64,000 bases of DNA, taken from Nemertoderma westbladi (Eukaryota > Animalia > Xenacoelomorpha). The notes beneath the pieces are model-generated. The model saw nothing but the letters and a program-made list of their open reading frames with translations, searched no databases and was not told the origin of the DNA. The DNA lies in the NCBI GenBank assembly GCA_032718475.1, contig JAUCBJ010007119.1, positions 1-64,000 of the forward strand. The letters are read 5' to 3'. The position numbers and the translations under genes were made by a program. Below are positions 23,823-36,300 of this stretch, piece by piece (positions within the stretch are counted from its first letter, which is position 1; every line of letters begins with the position of its first letter).

Positions 23823-24996
23823 TGTTCGCGCTTTTAGACCTTTAGCAGTTTAACCTGCCAAATTTAGGTGTCTTCTAGGTTATAAATCGACTTTAGCCTA
23901 TGACGAGTATTTGATACACTACATTAGCCGAAGCCAGCCTATGCGCGACCATTCACCCGCTGGATATACCCGGGAGACTGGATTCGGAAGCTCTAACCTT
24001 ATTGCGATGTAGGCCTACTGTATTATTCGATTGATCGTTAATATATAATCTCTGACCAATATTATTCACTTTCGGGAAATATTAACAGTTCCTTTAGGAC
24101 GTGGCTCTCTAAGTATGTAAACAGAGTTATGACTTACACTAAACACAACGGGATGGTTATTGATTCACGTATAAAGCGCATTCTTTAGGAGAAGCTTTGT
24201 TATCTGTCACAGTCATGCACACTACCGCACAATGCTGCACACCGATCTGCCGACCTTCACTAATTTTAGTCACATATAAAGAGAACAGCAACCGACACAT
24301 GTAGTGCCTATGAAATAGCATTAGATTCACTCCAAAACCAATATAATGTAAGTCGCAATTGCTATATGTAACCGGTCTCTTACCTTCAGTATATCAAGAA
24401 GATTGGGGTTTTATGATTATTTATCGATATTATCCAAATATAACAATATTCCATCAACTGATACAATTAATAACCGACAGTAAATAGCAGTAAAATAATG
24501 CGGTGTTTGTAGGTGACAATATGATTTGATTTGGCAGTTTGTGAATTGATAACAGTTATATGTTTCTATGATCAAAGCCGTTCTAATGTTTGGCTAAAGT
24601 CTGCAACACAGAATAATTCCACAGCCGATGTTCTGGCATCAGGAAAAAAGGTAAACATAAACCATAACGCATTGCGCGATTTCCCGGAGGCTTCTGTACA
24701 AATAAAATGAAAATCGCTCTGATTGGTCGACCGAACAAAGAACAAAGAAAAAGTTACACGTGTACATATCAGCTGATAGATGTCGTCATCTGAACTTATA
24801 CTGTACTAAGAGTATTTTGGCGTATTGCGACATAAAATTGCTAGTTATGTCCGCTAAAGTACACATACAGAAGAAATGGCTTTTTATGTCCACTAAAACA
24901 CCGGTACAGTAAGGAAACGGCTTTTTATGTCCGTTAAAACACCTACAGAGTACTTTGCGGGGAAAATAACCAGCTAATTCCGCAAAAGCCTTTACA
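23823..24996 (-). repeat. 3' LTR of A2
   Basis: Sense TGTAAAGG...GCGAACA, preceded by PPT CTGGGAGCGG. Confidence 0.95.
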
Positions 24997-26896
24997 CCGC
25001 TCCCAGAAAATGGGATTTAATTCTATAAAATATAAAAAATCCCAGTTTCTAAAATATAAAAATACTCTAAACAGTTAGTCTTTCTTGCGCGGACGGCATT
25101 TACGCAGTTTTTTGAGGCTAGCAAGAGTCCTTTTCTCTTTGGGGCGAGCCACTTTACTAGGAGGGCTATAACTCCTGGGTGAAGGGTGCAATACAATTGC
25201 ATCAGAAGGTTTAGGATTACGGTCGGTGTATCCACCGGTCGAGGTACCTGGTTGATCGATATCAACTTCAGTGGAGCGAGGTCTAACGGCCTTTAGAGCG
25301 CGTCTTAGGACAGCAGCTCCTACTGGTCCCTGACGAGTCATCTGGACAATAGCGGTAGGTGGACCGCGAGTGGTGAGAAACTTCCTCGGTTTAATGGTTC
25401 TTTCCAGCTCGCGTTCTCGGGCTCGATATTCGTAGGGCCGTCGATGTACTTCCTGTAACTCAGGGTGCGAGTTGATGAACAAATCGCCATACTCAGGGTC
25501 TTGACGGATGAAATTGGTCAAATTGTATGAATTAATATCGTTAGGATTGATGTTCCTGAGATATTTATGAACAAATTTGGTGGAAATACACTCACCTACA
25601 CGCTTCATTAGTTCGTAACTCGGTGTGCGCGATTTTTGTTCAACAGATGCGAATAGATAAGGATGGAATGCGTAAACTCCTTCGTAGGCGCGTCCAGGGT
25701 AATAGCGATGGCGTGACTCACAATGTAAATCCGCATTCGCTTCCCAAGCTCGGATGTAGCGCAGGGTAATCATCTCATCTACGCTTTCCAGATCGCGGTT
25801 AAAAGGGCAATCAAAACTGGCATGTCCTTTAAGTTGACAATGATGGCATTGAGTCATAAATTGGGGGCAGACTGCGAAAATGTGCGAGTTATTGAGTCTG
25901 CAATACGCACAATAGATCTCCATCATCGGTTGTTCATGGAAATAGGAGCAGGGTACGTCTGAGTCCATAGGGGTGAAATGATCTCTCGATGCGCATAATC
26001 GGCAACGTTTTCGAGAAACATAGTTGGCATGCCGATAATCGTATGCGGTGAGACATTGTGGACCTTGATACCATTCCAAGACGTAGTCGTTATCGCTGCT
26101 CCGGGGCACTGTAGGTTGAATCTCCTCAGATTCTAAGCATATTGGTTCGTCTTCCAATTGCATAGCTGAGGTAGGTGCGGCTGTCTCCGCAAGCAAACCC
26201 ACTGTCTGAACTTCCACGACAGAATAACCCGTGGGTATTCGAGGTCTTTGTATAACAGATGAATGTAAGTTCTGTATACAAACGTCCTTGAAAAGGGCGA
26301 ATCCCGCGCTGTCTAACTTCTCCGCAGCTGAGTCTCTTAGGCTGAGCTTGGTCAGAGCGCGGTCCTTGAACTGACTATCAACGTTACGGAACGGAGTCAG
26401 AAAGCGCCTGAAACATTCGAAGCAGATTAATTTATTGTGTTCATCTAGCTTGGCGAGTTTGGTTCCAAGTATTAAGGGATGGGCGCGTATGGTACGACTG
26501 CACACATCGGCTAGCCAACCGGCAAGTGCGGCGTTTTCAAAGATCGTGTATATAGCTAAGGAGGGACGAAGTGGAACACTCATAAAGCTATACACGGCGC
26601 CAGGTGCGGTCAATGGTCCGTCAAAGTATAATCCAGAATAATGATCTCCATATACTTGTTGGTAGTTGATAGGATTTCCAACCTTGAAATTCCATCCGTA
26701 TTCTTATACATTTATTATAGGAAGGGATCTAGGGGTCTTAACCTCTAATGACAAGTTTATTTTACCGAAAATAACTTATCTTTTATTGGCGCAATTGTAG
26801 GACTAATCCCATCACATGCGTACTTTTTAACAGGGTAGTGTACAAATTTAGAAACCGCGTAATTTTTCTTGAAATTAATATCTCATATCTCTCCAA

Positions 26897-26939
26897 ACCA
26901 CGTACGCGTTTCGACCTTACTGGGTCTCATCAGCGTGGT
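26897..26939 (-). ncRNA. Minimal type I hammerhead ribozyme (intact core)
   Basis: ACCACG-CUGAUGA-GACC-CAGUAA-GGUC-GAAAC-GC-GUA/CGUGGU: 6-bp stem I, 4-bp stem II, palindromic ACGCGU stem III, GUA cleavage triplet. Confidence 0.88.
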
Positions 26940-26984
26940 GTCGGATTCGAACCTGGGACCTCGAGGTGGAAGCCGAGACTGGGT

Positions 26985-27053
26985 GAGGTGGGGGCCTAGT
27001 GGTTGTAGTCTCGGCTTCCACCTCGAGGTCCCAGGTTCGAATCCGACACCACG
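26985..27053 (+). ncRNA. tRNA-derived head (Gly-TCC-like) with Pol III A and B boxes; not a functional tRNA
   Basis: A box GGCCTAGTGG, anticodon-like loop CTTCCAC, B box GGTTCGAATCC; imperfect stems. Confidence 0.7.
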
Positions 27054-27090
27054 CTGATGAGACCCAGTAAGGTCGAAATGCGTACGTAGT
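27048..27090 (+). ncRNA. Second hammerhead copy with two substitutions (GAAAT, CGTAGT)
   Basis: Mirror image of 26897-26939; CTGATGA at 27054-27060. Confidence 0.78.
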
Positions 27091-28271
27091 TTGGAGAGAT
27101 ATGAGATATTAATTTCAAGAAAAATTACGTGGTTCCTAAATTTGTACACTACCCGGTTAAAAAGTACGCATGTGATGGGATTAGTCCTACAATTGCGCCA
27201 ATAAAAGATAAGTTATTTTCGGTAAAATAAACTTATCATTCGAGGTTAAGACCCCTAGATCCCTTCCTATAATAAATGTATAATAACAAACACCTCGATA
27301 AATACAGCTTGCCAACCAACACATTGTTACTATCAATAATCCGTATTCTTGAAAGGCAAGATGTCCGATGGAGGTTCGTTGTACTTTAGTAATGCCGCTG
27401 GGTGTATTTGCATACATAGTGCGGAAGAAACCTCGGCCTTCTGCCCAGGGAGCAATCAGCTGAGTATCGACGAAAGGATATGGAATGTTCTCCATGTTCC
27501 CGTTGTATGGCCGCCAGTGATGGTAGAGAGCAGAGGAAAACCTATGTTGCATTCTGAAATATTCAGAAATACGATCTCAGTAGGAGGATTCAAACGTTCG
27601 AAGACTATCTCCAAATGAATTTATCCCCAGTTATTAGGGGGGTGAACAACCAGATTTATGACACATAATGGTACCAGTTGTTCACGAACTATCCGCGTGT
27701 CCTTTCAGTCCTTGTATCACGGTTGTGGACTTAAGGAAATTATTGATGGTTGATTTTCTAATCAACAACGAGAGGGTGGAAGTTGATATCATAAATATCA
27801 ACAGAATGTGACATGGACAGGAGGGGCGGACACCAATATGAGCATCCAGATCAATAGTAAGGGATGAGGAGGTTTAGTAGTAAGTGGTACGATCCATACC
27901 ACGATACCACTAGGATTGGTCGATCGTCTCCCAAAGCTCCGAGCGCGTTGGGAAGAGAAGGTGGGACGAAGTATGTTGTATCTTCAATAGCGATGTATAG
28001 AGGGATAATGGTAGTAAGGAGGAGGAAGGATATATGGTAGTATCTGTAAGATACCACGATGGACTTGTTTTCCGTTATGTCACCATTCATTCTTGCTCTT
28101 TAATTGCGACACTGATCACAATAATTACAGGAAGACGATGAAATAAGAGAAAATTACAGCCTCCCGAAGGAGACGGCCCGCGAGCACCCGTGCCCCGGGG
28201 AATATTATTCACATTATGGACCCTGGACATTAACGTATGTCTTTTCTCCAGTGATTCTCCTCTACTTGTCT

Positions 28272-28670
28272 TTACAAGCCTTCTTCCACATTCCATCTTT
28301 CGAGTCTGTTTCGAATAGAATTCTCATGTTCTATTCTCGGTTTATCGTTCAGACTCCACTGGGTATGATATTTAAATAAAACCATTTCCCTTTCGGTGTC
28401 TACATCGTCCGTCTCGTGTAAATCGATAGGATGGCCAGTAGTTAAGAATTCCATATACGTACCATTACGATGCGTATAGCGAGCGGTGAATTTTCTATAG
28501 TCCAATTCACGCGTAAGTTGCTCCTGGGACATTGGCGGTTCGATATAACGACCATCGTCCTCCGTAGTAGTTGGACCAGCGTCGCCGCGTATCAAGCTAT
28601 CAACAAACGCTTGTAACGGTAGAGTATATCGCTCCCTGATACCAAGATCATCTTCTATCAACTCAGTCAT
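28272..28670 (-). CDS. Accessory ORF-A of A2, 132 aa acidic protein of unknown function
   Basis: ATG-initiated; conserved in A3 (starting at 46460, with a 1-nt frameshift); follows an AT-rich stretch ending TAGCAG. Confidence 0.55.
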   Translation of the reverse strand: MTELIEDDLGIRERYTLPLQAFVDSLIRGDAGPTTTEDDGRYIEPPMSQEQLTRELDYRKFTARYTHRNGTYMEFLTTGHPIDLHETDDVDTEREMVLFKYHTQWSLNDKPRIEHENSIRNRLERWNVEEGL

Positions 28671-30311
28671 ATCTGCTATATGAGTTTATTAATATTATAA
28701 TAAATTTATATTTAGGCTAGCGGGCGTCGCTGCCTACCCCTCTCTGCCCCCGGACAGTGCAAGATCCTCAGCGCTGATGTACCATCGTCGCTGTGTTTTT
28801 CGCCAACGTAGTAGCTACACAACGACAACAATAACCAGCACAAGTCACTCCACTGTCCGTCCCAAAGGCTTAGATTTACTTCAGGTTCTTGCTGCAGAGT
28901 TAGGGCTACTTTCACAATTGCGACTCGCTACTGTAAACACACTTTAGTAGTAACATTCACCTATAAACGCACAAATTCCACACAACTGTCACAAATTGTA
29001 CACATTCGGGCCATTGGTCCGTTAGTCAGTGCCTTCCAGAATGCCACGTTATTATTATGTATCCTTGGATACTAGCAGTGTGCTATTTATTCCCTATGCT
29101 ATTCAATGGGGCAAGCTTTCTATTGTTCTTTTAACTCACTTCTAATTCTAGCGTGGTTGTTGCTATGGTGACATTATGGAAAGCTAGCAGTAGAATTAGG
29201 GTAATTCTCATGCATACAGATCTGGGATGCTATTTAATAGTAATTCTTTAATTGTCAATATCCCCTTTATACATGATTTTATGAATTTTATCGGCTATTG
29301 ACTATATATTGGAGATTCTCGCACACTAATACACTTAATAGGGCGAATCTCCGCTCCCATGATCTATTAATTAATGTAATTTTGGGAATATTATAAATTG
29401 TATAAAATGACAATTTATCAAATTCATTAACAGAGATGAATTAGAATTTATTCCCGTAAATTTTATTATTTAATATTAAAATAGACACAATTTTATTCCA
29501 GAACATGTCTGGGGACTGGGATCCTTGATTCTAGGAAATTTGTCCTTTTAAGAGTATCGGTAAGTGCTACGATATCTTAATAGACTAGAATTTTAAAGGA
29601 TCTGAAATTTGACAGATTTTATAAATATTAATAGTTAATATTTAAGATGGGCACCGGTTTATTCCAGAACATGTCTGGGGACGTTAACCATTGATTCTAG
29701 AATTTTGTCTTTCAAGTATATCGGTGGGTGCCGCGATATCTTAATCGACTAGAATTACAGATGGTCAAAGGGTTTAACAGATTTATTTGCGTTGTACGCT
29801 ACTGTTAAAGGGACATCACGCTACTATATGTATTATTTAATATATGGTATGAGAGCAATATCGCAAGAAGCAATGTCAGTGAGAAGAGGCAAGTCGTTTC
29901 CAAGGTCTACCCAGAGCTTGGTTTAGCCGAGACACGAGGATCTGAATTTTGCATTCCTAATACTCTACTTACCAATAATACTTGAATATAGTAGGAGCTT
30001 TATTGTACTTTAATAAGTATGGACATTTCATCTTACTGTAGTCACGTATTTATAATGTACTATGGACAGTAAGGAAAGAGAAAAAGAATTATTTCTCGCC
30101 GTCGCACTAAATATATAATATAGAAGTAATTAAGTAATAAACGCAAATATATATATGGCACTAATCTACTAAATAATCGCTAAAATAACATTCTACTAAA
30201 TAAAATTAAAGAAAACGATTATAATAAAATTACATAATAATACATACCTAAATATAAAAATAATGAAGACAGATATCAAATAATATAGTCACACACCCAC
30301 TCCAGACGCTG

Positions 30312-33300
30312 TCACGTTGGGGAGTCCCTAGATGTTTGTTGGATTAGAGAGGTGGTCGTGGGAAGAGTATCTTGCCTTCCATAGTTTCCGGAAAGTTCTC
30401 TGTCTCTTTCCAGTAAACATAAACGACCAACTGGGCGATTGAGCTGCTGCGTCTCGAAGACAATTCCCGGTTTCTTAAAGTTGCCTCGCATGACAACGAG
30501 TTCTACCGATCGCACCAAACCATCATCCGAGATATGAGTCTCGATGATACGACCTGTCTGCCACCGCTAACGTGGAAGATCTGAATCCACAATAAGTACC
30601 ATGTCTCCTGCGCTCACGTTTTCTTGCTGCGCAAACCACTTAGTTCGAAGTTGTAGCGTGGGCAGATAATGTTTTTCGAAATGGTCAGGGAAACGACGGG
30701 ATAACAACTGCATAAGTTGCCAAGTTTGCCGGCAGTATTCGTCTCCGTCTGTGATTTCCGATCGTGGGAGCATGGCAACAGGTTTCTTCAATAGGAAGTG
30801 CGCGGGTGTTAGCGCTTCCAGGGAATCGGGACTCGATGAGACTGGCATAAGCGGCCTCTCGTTGAGATAGGCGGCGATTTCCTCCATTAACGTCCGCAAA
30901 AGTTCATCGGTGAGATACGCGCGGCACGGCACTATAAAGTGAAATGCGGTCTTCACGCTCCTGATTAATCTCTCCCAACTTCCTCCCCACCAAGGGGCGT
31001 CGGCGGCGTTGAAGGTCCAGCTAGACGCTGTTACCCTTAGCTGATCGTCCACCTGTCTTTGGTTCCAATCTTTGATGTAAGCTTTGATTTCATTGTTGGC
31101 ACCAATGAAGTTCGTTCCCTTATCAGATCTCATCGTGTTACTAGTTCCAAAGCGAGCGATCTGTCGGCGTAAGCTCAATAGGAAGCTGTTAGTAGATAAA
31201 TCGTTCACCATATCGAGATGGATAGCTCTACAAGTCATATAAACAAAGATGACACACCATCTCTTGACTATAGTCCTAGCACGATATACTTAAATAGGGC
31301 CAAATAAATCTACACCGGTATTAGTAAAGGGTGGTTCATAGAAGCTTAATCGTTCCCTAGGTAATTCTGCCTCTCGCTGTGTTAAAGGCCTACTGAATGC
31401 TTTCCTACAGGGTATGCAGTTCCTAAGAACTTGGTTCAGAGCTCTACGGGGTTTATAAAAATAATAGCGAGTTCGAATTTCGCTAAGAACTCGTTCTCTA
31501 CCAGCATGATAAAGTTTGCTGTGAACATCTACAATCATCTTGATTTGTATTTCAAGATTTCTAATGAGTATGGGAAACTTAGTGTCAAAGGATAATGGAG
31601 CATTAGTTAGTCTTCCTCCAACACGTATTAACCCATCTATCATTGTGTTAGAGAAACGATCCCTTAAGTGCATCTGTGGATTTCTCAACAACAGGAAATA
31701 CTTATCGGAATCCTCATAGCATTGCAGGAGTCTCAGCATCTGCTTATTGGTTTCTTCATGCTCCTGGTCGCTTGCGTCCTTCTGGGCTCCTCCCCGAGGT
31801 GCACCCACGAGGCGGACGCTGTCCCACCACCCTTGGGGCCAGTCTGACTCCGTTTTTATCAGACCGGGCCGGAGGGTAGCCCGATGCTTCCCGGGTTCAA
31901 TTTTCAATCCCCCGATCACACCGGCACAGCTCGTCGGTGTAGCCAGATGGTCGGCTACTGTCAACTTACTGTGACCTGACTGTACATTGAGCCAACTCAG
32001 AGAGTCAACCGGCGGGTGGACCAGTCGATAGCGATCGAGCATCAAGGTCGCCCTTGAGCCAAACCGACGGTCTTGTCCCAAGTGGGCTTGCGCTACCCAA
32101 CATGGAATTTTGACATGTTTTCACCCGCCTCGCCGGCAGTATTGAGGGAAAGTCAGTTCCGCAAACAATACTGACTAGCTCAAAAGCTAGGAACAAGTAA
32201 CCACTTACCAGTCACTGTACACGTGTACTCAACAGATGTTCACAAATCAAGTACACAATAGTAAACACATAATTGGACACATACCATGCACACACAGAGG
32301 ACATAATCGGGAAAGACGAATGGGTCACAAAATCAGAGGGGACAAAATTGTATCGACTAATAAAAGAGTCGAGAGTACCTTATTTTGCCGTCAGGGCAAA
32401 ATAACTTTGTGTGCACAAAGTATGCTGGGGCGCAGTAAAGATATTGTGCTACTAATACCAGCGGCGTCTGGACCAACCGGCAAGGGTTCCCATACTCACT
32501 CGCAGTGGCCACACATACAATCACGTGTACTCACGCACCCACAGCAACAGAAAGCTCATCTCAGACCCAAACACACCCCAAAGACCAATCAGCTGAACAT
32601 GGAGACAATAACATATAGTATCAAAAAAACGGAACAGCTGACGGTCAATGGCACACATCCAAGCCCCAACGCAAGCTAACTGCCACTGGTCGCCCACATA
32701 CAAAACACAGTTCACACCATATAACACCACAAATCACGCCATGCCACCACCCCTACTGTGTACAGGACTGGCAGTACGGCAACAGGCCGACTAGACGGTA
32801 CCACGGCACCATGTTGATTCATGGTTCGCTAGACACGAGGGCCTTCAGTAACTCCCTTGCACCATAGAAGAGATTTAGTGTGCCCCCAGACCCTCACGAG
32901 TCCGCCGCCGCCTGTTTCAGTCACCCCTATAGAGACCTCACCTCCTTGGGTAACTGATCTTCTCCTTCAGAAACCTGTCGGATATCTTGTATTTGGGAAG
33001 ATCTTTAACAACATGGACCTGCGCAGATGTCAGTGGAGCGGTATCACTAGTGGTCTTCGTCCTGGAGTAGTGATGATGAAAACATCGCTTTAAATATATA
33101 ACGGCCTTACAGAGCCGATTCCAGGAACTATAATGATGTATCGCTCTCTGCAGGAGAGGTGAGAGTCCTTGCGAGACATCTGGTATTCCAGATTTCCAAT
33201 CCCTCTCTCTGATTTCCACAACAGACTTATTTGTGGCTGTGGGTTTCGGATCCAAAGCGTCGTCTCCGGAAGTGTGTAGTACAGACAGATCTATCACAGG

Positions 33301-36300
33301 TTTAAATAACTTCGATTTACTCGCCCGGATTTTAGGTTTTACTTTCTCCGCTCCCTTGGCCTGTCTAATCTCCGCTGTAGTAAGATGAGGAGGCCATTCA
33401 TCCTCTTCTTTGCTTAGGAAGTCGGGTCCACCTAACCAGTCTGGAGTATCTATCAGTTCTTGTGGAGTTGCTCCCCTGGAGGCGATGTCTGCTGGATTAA
33501 TCGTTCCGGGGCAATGTCTCCATTGATCTATCTTCGTGCGACTAAGTATAATGGCTACTCTGTTGGTAACGAAGACGCTGAACTGACAGACTTCATTGGT
33601 TATATACTCCAACACGAGTAAAGCATCGGTCCAATAGACAGTTTTTTCCAGTGGGTAGTCGATCTGTTCTGTTACATTCCGGCCGATGGCTGTAGCATAT
33701 AGAGCCGCCTTTAACTCCGCTCGAGGAACTTTCAACTTGTTGTTTATCAAGGCCTTAGAGGTAACCAAGGCGATCTTAATTCCATCCGGAGTTTCAACTC
33801 TCAGGTAGGCTACTATACCTATTCCCATATCGCTGGCGTCTCCAAACACATGGAGTTGATAGGAATACGTAGGGAGAACATGACCAAAATATGAACAGGT
33901 AATTATAAAGTTCTCGATGGCTGGTAGAGAATCTTCCCATTTCATCCACTTCCTTAATAGTTCTCCCTTAAGTGGATCGTCCCATGAGTGGTTTTCAAGC
34001 CACATTTGTTGTACTAAACTCCGAGCAATCAATATAACTGGGCTAATAAATCCCAATGGATCGAAATAAGTGCTCAGGATACTTAAACAAATCCGTTTAG
34101 TCCGAACTGGATTATCTCACTGTTTTAGCTGGAAAAACAGGATATCTCTCTCTGTGTCCCATTTCAAACCAAGTGTCTTGGTTTCTGGAAGATCGTCTTT
34201 GATCAGGTCTAGATCTTTAACTCCTCGATCTTCTACCGGGATCGATTCCAGAAACTCACGGGAGTTGCTGGTGAATTTAGTTAATCGAAATCCACCTCTT
34301 TTTAAGCACTCTACCGTTCCTTTGGCGACATCAATGGCTTCTTCCACTGATGGGAGGGACTGTAAATTGTCGTCCATGTATATATCCCGTTTGATGTTGT
34401 CGATCACCTCTTTAGAGAAGGCGTCCCGGTTGTCATCAGCAGTGGTTCGCACCACTGAGCAGGCGTTTGAAGGGCTTGAGATGATCCCAAAAGCCTGGAT
34501 GGTCATCCAGTACTCCACCAGTTTCTGGTTGAGGTCTCCTTCAGGCCACCACAGAAATCGTAGGCTGTCTCGATCCCTATCCAGCGCCTTGACTTGTAAG
34601 AACATGCCTTCTATATCAGAGGCGAAAGTGATTGAATATTGTCGTAATCTTAAGAGTATTCCCAACAAGGATTGGAGTAAGTTGGGTCCTGGCAACAACT
34701 CGGAATTAAGGGATTGGCCCATGTAGAGGGCGGAGCCGTCAAATACTACCCGGACTTCATTGGGTTTACCGGGTTTGGGAACATAATGATGTGTTAGATA
34801 GAACGTTCTCTCAGTTATGGGTGTTTCCTCCGGTACTCGCTCCGCATATCCCTTGTTAATAAATTTCTTCAACTGAGTCTTGTACATTTCCTTAGCTGAA
34901 GCATTTGCCGTAAGGCGTCGATGTAGTTGCGCAATTCTTTTCTCCGCCAAGGGTCGGTTGTTTATAAATTTAGGTTCTCGCTTTCGAAATGGTAGACCGA
35001 TTTCATATCTACCTTGATCTTTAAGAAAACGTGTAGTTGTCTCCTGGATCTGCTTGGCTCTTTCTTCTTCTACCGATAGGGCCTTATCGTAGGAATTGTG
35101 CTCTACACCCTCTTGAGTAAAGAATCGTACGGCGTGTTCATCCCGAGTCTTCGCGTTGTAGCGATCTATTACGTCATTCAGTTCGTCGTTATAGTCGACT
35201 TGTCCTGATGGACGAATGAGTTGACATAGGTTCACTTGGTTTTGCCAAGTTTCGTTTTCCGTAAGGAGGTCAATGTTATTCTCCTCGTCGAAGAGTTGGT
35301 GGATATCGTCATTATCTGAGGAGTATGGTGTTCCCTCAGTTGGGTCGTCCACCTCACTGCTCTCCGCTTCCCATTCACTTACTTGGTAGACCCGTTCTTT
35401 GGGTAACCTTTCCATGAGAGTTCTACGGGAAGGGCCAGTAAAGTACCAACCTACTCTAGTTCTTCCCGCATAGGCTTGTAGTGGTTGCGGTTGAGCAGGC
35501 CGTTTCTCCAATGTCTCAAGCACCTCATGCGCATTTTGGCCGATGAGTATTTGCACTCCAGGGTAGTCTGTGTTGAATCTAGGTATCTCAAGCTGCTGGG
35601 TGAAATCGTCCTCCTCCCAGTTATAAGGTTCCACTTGGTTGGTAGCGAAGTTCTTTATCGCCACCATTTTTACTGACCTTATACTGTGTTCTCCTAGTTC
35701 ATCCTGGGGGGTGGACAACGCACCTACATAGTAATCTGCAATTACTGTAGATTTCCAAACCTGCATAATTCCTGACATGTTTAACTTAGTTCGGAACTTG
35801 GGTTGTCCAGCAAAGATGTCTTCGGCTAGTTCTTTGTCAATGAATGTTCCTGTGCTGCCGGAGTCAAGAAGGGCATTCACTATATAACTTTTTCGTGGCC
35901 CGTGGACTCTCAACTGCACTACGGGAAATTCTCGGATTCCTACATTTGAAGTTGGTGCTTTCCAAGATGGTTGTCGGTCAGGAGTAGTTAGGGGGGCTCA
36001 CTGTCGGTGTCCTTTTCATACGTAAGTGCTCGATACACTGCGGTATTTATTAGGTAACAGGATTCGTTTTTGTCGGAGAATTCGTCCGTATAGAATCCTT
36101 CCATCTCAGAACTTTGGTCAGTGTCGTTCACATCACTGAATTGGACATGTAGTTCGGACTCACTTACCTGACTCGGGCTGTTTCGTTCGAATTCAGTGTG
36201 CAACAAGATATGATGTTTTGCGCCGCACTTTGCACACCTTGCGTCGGAGTAACAGGTTCGCCGTTGGTGTCCTTGTCTGAGGCAATTATAACACAACCGC

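Larger units (their letters stand above)
26706..27338 (+). mobile_element. Palindromic tRNA-headed hammerhead retroelement (Penelope-pLTR/retrozyme-like)
   Basis: 277-bp inverted arms 26704-26980 and 27007-27283, 26-bp spacer, AATAAA, ~55-bp unique tail, TSD ATCCGTATTCTT (26694-26705 / 27339-27350). Confidence 0.85.
25075..27552 (-). pseudogene. Accessory ORF-B of A2 (env position); ~610 aa Cys/His-rich protein of unknown function, split by the 26706-27338 insertion
   Basis: Removing the insert plus one 12-bp TSD (645 nt) fuses ...HLAFQEYG to WNFKVGNPINYQ...PLTAPGAV in frame. Contains CHHCQLKGHASFDC (CX2CX4HX4C) and two more Cys/His clusters. Confidence 0.75.

Noticed and set aside
26985-27053. 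Functional tRNA-Gly gene
   Set aside because: Stems are imperfect and it is fused to a hammerhead inside a TSD-flanked insert, so it is a SINE-type head.
25075-27552. Envelope glycoprotein
   Set aside because: No evident signal peptide, fusion peptide or transmembrane anchor.
32740-32952. HDV-like, pistol or twister ribozyme, or group I/II intron, in element X
   Set aside because: Only partial motif resemblance; the required pairings and catalytic residues could not be assembled in both copies.
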